The position numbers and the translations under genes were made by a program. From Paramecium tetraurelia (lineage: Eukaryota): a stretch of 64,000 nucleotides of DNA. Positions 53,687 through 64,000 of this stretch are shown piece by piece; positions within the stretch are counted from its first letter, which is position 1, and each line of letters begins with the position of its first letter. Below the pieces are notes generated by a model that made no database searches, had not been told where the DNA came from, and was given only the letters and a program-made list of their open reading frames with translations. Location: assembly GCA_000165425.1 (NCBI GenBank), contig CT868096.1, positions 62,001 to 126,000 of the forward strand, in the 5' to 3' direction.

Positions 53687-53998
53687 TCAAAAGAGATTGG
53701 ATTAAACTTTTGGAGAATTTTTTAAAATAGATTTAAAATTGCTTTTTAGACGTGAATCAAGGGTTGGATTAATCCAATACACATTTGAATGTCCTTTAAG
53801 TTTTTCAATAGTTTTAGTTATTTCAATTACAGTTTGCCATGGTTTGTAATTACAAACAATTAATTTTTCATTAAATGAGATTTTAGTTTGGTCGCATTCT
53901 ATTATGTCAATATTAGGTTCTTCTTCTATTAATACTTTCTAGTGTTGGCTTAAGGGAGCCATATATTCTATTTTAAACTTTGGGGAACGATCAATCAT
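53687..53998 (-). CDS. Small hypothetical protein with KISF and KSILK motifs
   Basis: Clean 103-aa ORF: MIDRSPKFKIEYMAPL...TKISFNEKLIVCNYKPW...NFKSILKNSPKVQSNLF*. Confidence 0.7.
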
Positions 53999-55408
53999 AA
54001 ATTTAAATATAATTTTTAGATCACTCCTATTGAAGCTTTTTTAATGATAATACGTAATATTTATGATATTACACATTTAGTCTAGTTAATATAATTTATT
54101 AAATGAGATAGCTAATTAAAAAAGTATTAATTACATTAAAAATTAAGAAATTCGCTTTTTTATATATAAATTGATTAAATTATATTCTTCTTATTCGATG
54201 ATGCAACTAAAGTAGTGATCCAGATATTTAGATTAGCAACTTAGTGCATTTAAAAAAAGCATGTTAGTTGAAATGAAACTCTAGAAATTTAGACAGATTA
54301 TATTGTCTAAAAAGATAATTGAAATTGAATATAGACGATCTACTAGATAGATAATCAAAATTATAATATTCTAAATTATAGAACTACTATTAATTATTTT
54401 TTACCATCCTAGATGTCTCATTAAGTTTGGATGTTAAATTATGAAAATTTAAAATTTAAACAGAACAATTTGGTTCAATAATGCCTAAAAAAATATTTCA
54501 AATCTTGAACAAACCTCAACGATAGTTGATTTGAATCTTCAGATATAATATTTTAGTCAATCAGATGCCTGAATATTATATATTATAATTTATTAATTAT
54601 AAATAGTTTCAATTTCAATTTTTTAACTATGCCATTAATTTTTATCAACTAAACATGAATTAAAGAAAATATAATTATAATTATTGTTTAAATGGCTTCT
54701 AAGCATAAGAAAGCACTAATATTGTAAAGAATTTATGATGACTAATTTTATTTGAACATAATGTTTTTGCTTTTTGTTACCCATTAAGAATTTTTTATAA
54801 AGAATATTATTAATATAAAAATATCAAAACTTGCTAGATATCATAGTGGATCAAAGTTAAATTTTACTAAAAATGCAATATCACTTATATTTGTAATAGT
54901 TTCTTTTGAATTTATCATCAATATGATTCCTTATTTAATTTTAAGTTTAATTTCAAGCATAATTAGAGTGTTATTCTCTTAATTATTTAAACTAATAAAA
55001 TAATGGCTTACAGTTTTTTTTACAATAATCATTTATTTTTCAGTATATATTTTACTCTCTGCATTTGTATTTAATTTATATATTCAACAATAATTACTTT
55101 TAATCTTTTCTTTTTTCTATGTTTTAAAAAATGAACACCCTCTCATATTCACATATACAGCAACTCTTTATTATAAATAATTAAACTCATTTTTTTTATT
55201 ATAATTTCAATTTTCTTATAAAGTCTTAAGTAGAAAATGAACTACATATTAGCTATCATTTCATATGAGAATTATTTTCTCAATTTCTCTAATAAAAAAT
55301 TGATCACAATACAGAATTTCAAATAAATAAGTAAAAAAGATATTTATATGAATTCCTAAAAAATACCATAATTTTGATAAATTTATTGTTTTATGTATTA
55401 ATGCCTAA

Positions 55409-55786
55409 TCAATGATGATGATGTCCGTGAGCTTTAGGTGCAGGATTTCCAGTTTTAACATAGCCCAAAACTTGAGCTGCCTTCAAATAAGGTGCACCTG
55501 AACATTTCTTATCCAAACAGAATTGTACATAATCCTTCTCTTAAATTTTGAAACATGTTCTATAACATAATTCTAAATGCATAATAAATTGTTTGATACT
55601 CTCTTCCCAATTGTTATCATGAAGGTATTAATGTCTAAGCTTATCCTATATTGTTTATTATTAAACAGGGTAGTCTGGTTGATCTTCCAGACCATGGAAT
55701 GATGACAATAAATCAAAGAAATGGATGTGTCCTTTGTGGAAGATTTCAGGATTTTTAGGTGTATAAGCTGTTGAATTCGATCTCAT
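55409..55786 (-). CDS. Small Cys-motif protein with His-rich C-terminus (possible mitochondrial intermembrane-space protein)
   Basis: Clean 125-aa ORF; CYRTC-x11-CLDKKC; ends AHGHHHH*. Confidence 0.75.
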
Positions 55787-55964
55787 AAATAATTATTTAA
55801 TTTAATATTTTAAAATCGGGCTCATTTTCCTACTCCATCGGAATAGTAATACTAAAATCCTTGAAATATGTTACCATGATGATATGAGATTGTCTCTAAT
55901 TTTGCATAACTCTTAATATATTGAGTTATTATTTTATAAGAATTAAATATAATTTTATATTTAC

Positions 55965-57929
55965 ATGAAAACTAAGATAGTGTCTTTATTTCTGAAGAGA
56001 GAACATCTAATATTACTATCGAAAATGCTACAGATAACAGACAATACAACTGATCAAGACACACAAATTTAAAAAATAGATTCGCAGAACCAAAAATCTG
56101 AAAATAGAATTCTAAAAACAGAAAGGTGGCCACAATAAGATTTGGACTACTTTCAGAATAGTTTTCTGTAAATAGCAAACTTAACATTTTCCTTTTTCAA
56201 ATTTCACTTTCCAGCAAATTCAGCTCTATAAATAAAAGAACATATAAAATTTATTCATGTTGTCAAGCAAATCAATTTTGGTGGAGTCACAATTGAGGAA
56301 GTCTTTAAATAGCAAAGAGTAAACTATTATTTTGTAAAGTAGACTCGTCTCAATTTAGAAGTAGCCAAAATTACTAAATCTGTAAAACTTATAGATGAAC
56401 CGATCATGCCAAAACTTATGAATTCTAAAATAGATCTAGCTTATATTTAAACCATTTAGGATAAATATTTCTTTCCCAAAAACAATGATTTTATGACACC
56501 CTACTTAATCCTGAATTTAAAACCTCACATTCCAAAAACAACTGTAAGATATTAAAACAAAGAACTTTAATAAAGCATTACAAGTTTAGAGGACATTCCA
56601 CCATTTCAATTTATGAATACCAATCTCATCTAACCAATCCTAAACTATGAATCTTTAAAGAATGGCTTCGAATATAAATTCAATAAACTTCTATAAAGGA
56701 ACTCATTCGTCTAATGTACAATTAAAAGATATTCACATAAAATCAAATAATTTGAAATTAAATCTGAAGATGCTCACATTGAAGATTCCCTCAGAGAAAT
56801 TAAAAAATTGTTTTATTCCTAAATTAAATAATTATGCGATAATAAAGCGACATCAACTTTATTAGATTCTAATCTTAAATTTCTACAACATAAAAATTGT
56901 GAAGATTCTTCTTGTAAATTTACCCCTATTTAAACTATTAAAGATTTTGAGTCTCTTTTATTCAATCAAATTAAAGAAGAAGAAGAATCTCAAGAAATTG
57001 TTCCTCATTCTAATTTTAACGAATAACCATCCGACAGAAAACCTCTAGATTTTAGATAAACTCCAAAGCTATTATCATTAAACATATCGCAAAAATTCCT
57101 TTAAGATTCCACCATGAAATAATTTGAATCATAACAGCAATCTGAAAATGAATCAATAAATAGGTTAGAGATAAGATTAATCAAACCATCCCTGAAATCA
57201 TTGGATCTCAAGTAGTCTGAAATTTTAAATTAAAGCACTAATAGGCACCAAAGAAAATTGCACAATTCAAAGCTTCAAGAACAAAATGATAAATCATAAT
57301 CCAATTATAAATTTTTCAATATACCCCTTTAAACTATTGAACCTCCGAATCCATCGACTGAATCATAAGTCACTGAAATTTCTAAATCCATATTTACGAA
57401 TAGAAACCTTTAATAAAAATCCTTGGATAGAATTACTTTAAAACCGATAGCTTATCAAACAGAAAGAATGAAAGAAATTAGAGATTCTAATAAAGATAAG
57501 AAGGAGACATCCTTTCCATATATCAAAGAGTCACTTCCTATTATAGGTTTAAGTGTGAATGAATCTGAATAATAAAGATTAAAAGAATATGAATCCAAAT
57601 TTTCACTACAAGGTAATTTATAAAAGAGGATTTAAACTAATGAAAAAGAAGAAAACTCGGTAAAAGAGATATTATTATTCTAAAAAAAAAATTGTAATCT
57701 GAAAAATCAATTGTAACATTAATTGATTTTGCTTACTCGTTCTGAGTAAATATTAACCACTTTGATGTCAAATGGATAAATTAGAGGAACAGAACTCTAT
57801 CAATAATTATTATAGCCTATTAAAGTTAATTCTAGTGCTAAATTCTTAACTCCAAAAAGTAATAATCTAATATCAAGAACGAAATTTAAAAAAATACAAC
57901 AAGAAACCAAAATGTTCAGCCTTAAATGA
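55965..57929 (+). CDS. Hypothetical protein (654 aa), low-complexity C-terminal half
   Basis: ATG at 55965 is in frame with TGA at 57927-57929; no intron needed. Confidence 0.7.
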
Positions 57930-58811
57930 AATATTAAATTTTATCTTATTTCATCATCTATTAATAATTTTAATCATTTCAAACCAGTAAAATCAAATTA
58001 ATTTAATCTGAATTATAATTCACTACATTTATTAGATTAATCTAATTCAACAAATGTAGGTATATTAAATAATCAAATCAATGGATATTAGTTTCAATAA
58101 TCATAAGGATTTATGATTGTTTTTGATAAGTCAATTCTTTATTCATACTATCTTAAATTATAATATATAAAAAGAGTTAAAAATGATATTTACATTTTTT
58201 GCTTCTTAATTTAGATTTGATTGATGAGTAAAAGTAAATTATAAAAATAATTTGGTTGCCGAATTAAATTCAATATACTAAGAAATTTTTAATTCAATAA
58301 AGATACTTAATGTATCATAATTTATCAAAATTTTTTATCGTGAAACTAAAATATATTTTTTTATAATTATATCTAAAGTCAAATTTATTGGATAAACAGA
58401 ATTTATCTATACTTTAACTAAACTTATTTTAAATTCTAAGGAACTTTATTTTGAGAGAACTTAAATTTTGAGTCTGTGAGTACTTTTTAGATTAAATTGT
58501 AAATCTCTCACTTAATAAGTTTTAAATTATTTACATAATAAAAGTTATAAAGATTAGAATTCTAGATTTATAGAATAAATCTTATGATAACATTCAATAA
58601 TTACTTATAATATGTTGATATCTTTGTACAATACTTTTGTAACACTAAAATTCATAAATTATTTGTATAGATATTTTTACATATGATTCAGACTAGATAA
58701 AATTTGAATTTATTTGAGATAGCATAGATGTTGATATGACTAAAAAATGAAAATAACTATATAAATAAATTATATTATTATGTAACATCCTCTCTCTCAT
58801 AAATCAAAATA

Positions 58812-61800
58812 TCACTATTATTTTTAATTTTTATTTAATATCTCCTAGGTCTAAACTTTANNNNNNNNNNNNNNNNNNNNNNNNNNNNNNNNNNNNNNNN
58901 NNNNNNNNNNNNNNNNNNNNNNNNNNNNNNNNNNNNNNNNNNNNNNNNNNNNNNNNNNNNNNNNNNNNNNNNNNNNNNNNNNNNNNNNNNNNNNNNNNNN
59001 NNNNNNNNNNNNNNNNNNNNNNNNNNNNNNNNNNNNNNNNNNNNNNNNNNNNNNNNNNNNNNNNNNNNNNNNNNNNNNNNNNNNNNNNNNNNNNNNNNNN
59101 NNNNNNNNNNNNNNNNNNNNNNNNNNNNNNNNNNNNNNNNNNNNNNNNNNNNNNNNNNNNNNNAGGATATTTATAAATTAGGATACTTTAAATTAGTTCG
59201 TAAATTGATATTCTCCAAAAAACCATTTTGGGATAGTACAGAAGGTGTTGCCGCTTTATTTGTAAATCCTATAAGCTTTAAGAATCTTTTTTGTTTATGT
59301 TTTTAACACTTCATATTATGCTTATAATTTAATCTAATAATTTGATTCTTTTTCAAGCAATTTCAGATCTGTTTATTTTTCAACCTCTATAAAAATTAGC
59401 TCATCATTTTTTATTTTAAAGAACTTAGAGATGTTTTCATTTTTCAATAAAAATTCAGATCTCATTTATTGAGGCTAATTCATTACATTAATTAATTTAT
59501 CATATAATTCTTTATCAAATTTTGTATCTTTCATTTAGAAAATTTTACAATTTATCAATTTTATCATTTCTTAAGAAATCTCATCTAAATTTATAAGCAA
59601 AATATATATTAACTATTATATTTTCTTTTAATTAAAAGTAGGGTTGGTTTTACTTATATTGATTAATTGATCTAAAATCTTGGCAAGATTTTCTTACTTC
59701 TAAACAGGAAGAAAGGCTATTTATTGATAATAATTGTTTCCCTTTTTTTCATTTATTTTATTGAAATAAATAACATATGAACTTGGGATATTGATAAGAC
59801 ATCTATCTTTGAAGTTTAGATTTTATCCGACTATATTATAAAGAAATAAAAAAACTAAATTATAAATTAATTCTTCTACTGTAATCTCATCCTTTGCTGT
59901 TTTCAAATAATTAAAAAAGCATAAAGTTGCTTTATCTATCATGTTCCATGATTTATACAAAGTAAAATTAAAAAAGTCAAGATATTTTGCATATTAATTT
60001 TGATATCCTTAAAGAATTTTATTATTTAAAAAAAGATAAGTAAAATGATTGCAATTTGAATAATTTAATAGGATTATAGATTTTATCATTTAGCAATGTA
60101 AGTCCAATGAGTTTTGATATTAATTTGTAAATGATTATAAACCTTCATAATTAATATAAAATGATTAATCTTTCGAATTGCATTTTACATATGGATTTTT
60201 TAATAACAATTTTAATATTCCTGATCTTTTATGAAATTCTTTGATTGTTGAATTCTTAAATAATTATTGTTGATGTTTTTAAGTTCTATCAGAAATCATA
60301 TCATATTTTTTCGTTAATTATTGTTAAGTATTTTAATCATAAATGTCTTTCTAATAATAATTATGAATTGCAAAATTATAATGATCCCTAACGATTTCAA
60401 AATTATCTATAAAATAATTGTAATATTTTAAATTAAACTTATCCACACATTTTTTTCTAGCATCATTTAAATTTGAAATTATTTAATGTAATTTTTTTGT
60501 AATAATTTATATGATGAGTACTCTAGGTGCAAGAACAAAGTTTAAATCAATATCAGCCAAAAATACATTGTTTTCTGATTCTTTTTATTGAATTATATCT
60601 TCAAGAATAATTGATGATCTATGAACAATTAATGAGTTCATAAATGGATAGAGTAAGTTATTATTATCTGGCTTTCTAACTTTAAAATAACTCAAAATAC
60701 TCCTCTATATTATTTAGCGATGCTTCTACATATTATCCTAGTTAGAATTAAAGACTCTAAATATTGAATTTAAAGATTCTATTAAATTACCGTATTAATT
60801 GCAATTTAAATTCTCTATCGTATTGATTTATTAATAAGGTTTATTATGTAAAATTTATTCACAATAAAACAAGATCAAATAAACTTATTAAAATAGTTAT
60901 ATATAATCAGCAATTGGATTTTGAAATTCTATACTTTAAATCAATTAATTGATAATTTAATTATTTAGTTTTGTTTCATTTAGAACACTCCTAAATATTT
61001 CTTCACTCAATTAATATATAAAAATTTGATGCTTTGTATGATTTATTTCATTTTTTTCAATTGAATCTAACTTTAAAGTAGATTTTCTAAAATACAACCA
61101 TTATGGAATTTTATAATTAACAGTTAATTAAGTTATTTATTCATCATAATATTGTTCCAAGTGAATAAAACAATATTACATATCTAAATAATTTAAAGGT
61201 TAGTCAAAATTTAATTCTTCAAATAATACGCTGTTTTTTTTGAGACAAAAGTTTAAATTCTATTTTGCTTATTATAATTTAATTAAAAATGAATTAGATA
61301 ATTAGGGATCTCTGATATTATTTGATTATATTGTATTGTTAAGTGATTCGATAATGTTCATCCAATAGATACTTTTCCAACTTCTAAAGTCCATAAATAA
61401 TGAGCAAATTGATAAAGAATGTTGAAAATCTAATTAATAAATTACTTTTTTCCAAAATCCAAGCAAAATTAATAAGGTATAAAAGTCATTACCTAAATAT
61501 TTGGAAGGAATTAAACCTTTTTCTTAGCTAATTTGTTAAATTAAGAACTTAGAATCGATCATTTGAAATATCTAATGAAGTGTAAGTGATGCTGCTTTCC
61601 CTTTCTTTACTTATTATTCGGTAATTTCTAATTTATTTTGGTTTAATCCAGGTTATTATTATAATAAAGGAGATAAGGAAATCGCAATTTTGGATAAATA
61701 TTTAATTAAATGATCTTATAAGCTATATCTATTGCAAATTATAATGCATAATTTATAATTTTGGAATTGATTTAATACATCTAACACATAAAGTATCTAC

Positions 61801-64000
61801 GATTGATCTATTGAATCAAGATTTATTAATTAATCATCTGATTAATCTAATTACTCAATTTAAATTTAATATGTTGATTATTATTCTGTTTAATAATTAG
61901 TATTCTTCAATAAAGACTTCTAAAATTCATTTGAAAACATTGCTATGTATTTAAATAATTTTGTTATTGCCGAATCTTAAACTTTTATGTCTTACAAATT
62001 AGAATTTATGCATTGAATATTTGATTTGATTGCACATTGTCTTTAAGGATTGATTATAGAATAATCTCTAAAGTCTATGTCTTCAGTCTCATTTTCATTT
62101 TGACACTCTTTAAATTTATTTAAATTAAATTAGAAGTCTAAAATTGAATCCTCTTCAAAATTAAATTATTATTAAAAGCTTTCAAATTATTTTTTTGATT
62201 CCATAATATTATCATTTAGATATCTATGTTCTTCTATATTTTTTAAAGACAGAATAAATTTTCTAGCTAAATCTTCTACTGTATTTTACTAACAATAGTA
62301 TTATTATTTATTTTCGAATTCAATTGTCAATTTTTTTAAAAAGATTGGAAAGTATTTATTTATAAATGCTGTTCTAATAGCATCATTAATTTTATCCTTT
62401 TATTAATAAAGCACTTATAGGATCTATTCAAATTCATTTGCCTTTTCATATGAGTCTATTGTTTTTGTAATATCTTTGCATTTTAAAAAGAATTTTGCTG
62501 CCTCTATATATTTTTCTGATTTATAGGCTGCGTCACCTGCTTCTTAAAATAGTTCAAGGCTAGCGTATATTTAGAATGCTTAATCATATTACTCACAAAA
62601 GTAAAAACATTATGCAGCTTATCTAAAATTGAGTGTATCTTAAAACAAATATGCAGCTTCTTATAATCTAACTTAATACTGTTACTTTAATTCACTTATC
62701 TTTTGATTTTTATCCTTTAACTTAAGATATTGTTATGATTACTATTAAAAAGATAAAATGAGTTAACAACCTTCTGTGGCTAATCTAAAACCCTTGGCTC
62801 TTTTACACATAATATCCTCGTCTGAAAATTGAAAACATTTTTCAGCTTATTCATATAATTGTTTCTGAAACATAATTTTGCCTTATTCCTTCCATTAGAA
62901 TTTAGATTTAATCTAAAGATTGGGTTATAAATTTTAATGATCAAAGTTTATTTATTCAAATATTTCAACTAATAGCAGACTTTTCCAAATCTGTTCTATC
63001 CATCTCCTTTATTAGGGCTGTTCATCAAAAATATATAAGCACTACCTCGATCTCGTTGTTGCAATATAGAGTTGTTTAAGTTCATTGCACAAGCCACTGT
63101 TATTATAAGAAAACTCATCATAATATTTTATATATGGTATCATTCGTTTGATTAAGATATTCCCATTTTTATCATCATACCCAGTAAAATATGAGGTATA
63201 ATAATCAATTGTTGATTTTCTAGTTAAACTAGTTAAATATGCTTATTTATTCATTTCCTCATCTATAACCTCACATGTTTACAATAATTTCCATTCAAAT
63301 TCCTTAATAATACTATCCGTAAAAAAATTATAAAGAATAACATTCTCAAACTCCAAGCCCTTCACTTCTTCAATAGATAAAACCTAGATATGTTATAAAA
63401 GTTTAGGTATATTCTTTTTTTATTCTTTGTTTTTCACAATAATGACAGATCTAAATCCTAACTCTATAGGCTGTTTTTATATTTCCTCATTAATTAATGT
63501 ACTATCTAGTCCTTCAAATAAATAAAATAATAAATCTAAACTTCCATTCACAATAATAGGCTTTATACCATTAAAATTTGATGATTCCTTTATAAAATCA
63601 TCAATAGTTTTTGGAAAATACATCTGAATTAAGGAAACAATTGAGTTGGCTAACTTCAAGATCTAAGAATTTGATCTAAAATTTTAATTCAAGGTTTTAA
63701 GAAATTATTCTGATTAGTAATATTGATATTCATCCTTCTAATCAATCCTTTTTGATAACTCTTATATCGTTAAAAATCTAAAGCCCACTCCTTTAGATAT
63801 ATTCTAAGCTGTATCACCACTGTATATTGTTCCAAATAGTGCTATTTTTTCAAATAACAATATCATAGCCTCTGGCAAATCCTAAATTTCATCAATAATT
63901 AAATAATGAATCTGCGGCATACATATTTCATCTTATTTAAATTATACTAAGATATGATTAACCACATCTAATAAATCATAATATCCTTTTTCTGCTCTCC
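58812..64000 (-). CDS. TRANK1-like UvrD/SF1 helicase with TPR-like repeats (5'-truncated at window edge, spans the N gap)
   Basis: HYLIIDEIQDLP, GDTAQNISKGVGFRF, LNQNFRSNSQILKLANSIV, VLSIEEVKGLEFENVILYNFF, NELKQLYIATTRSR, then WKEQGKIMFQKQLYEQAEKCF. The same frame was open wherever spot-checked down to the gap and reads KVQTQEILNKNQKQQ* after it. Confidence 0.88.
58861..59163. other. Assembly gap (303 N)
   Basis: Run of N in the sequence. Confidence 1.

Noticed and set aside
55870..55930. ATGATGA box C-like motif (also near 47636) suggesting a snoRNA
   Set aside because: No properly placed CTGA box D or terminal stem; expected by chance in AT-rich DNA.

Overview
Gene-dense, very AT-rich ciliate macronuclear DNA, almost certainly Paramecium (aurelia-type). 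Evidence: TAA/TAG read as Gln (genetic code 6), TGA is the only stop, introns are tiny (about 20-30 nt, GT..AG), and a trichocyst matrix protein gene is present. The supplied ORF track used the wrong code and is mostly fragments or antisense shadows. Re-translating by eye gives about 25 genes: four kinases (one a CDPK), a T2-like trichocyst matrix precursor, a dual-specificity phosphatase, Phe-tRNA ligase beta, a CNBD/GYG K+ channel, an MFS transporter, an SLC38A9-like transporter, a PGRMC-like heme protein, a ~2,450-aa Cys-rich surface protein, several coiled-coil proteins, putative mitochondrial proteins and a TRANK1-like UvrD helicase that spans a 303-N gap and runs off the right edge. The most interesting candidates are a 7TM-RGS-like fusion protein, a catalytically degenerate membrane-anchored pepsin-like protein, a small RVxF+SILK putative PP1 regulator and the intronless TRANK1-like helicase. 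All calls come from manual translation and motif recall, with no database search; coordinates of multi-intron genes are approximate.
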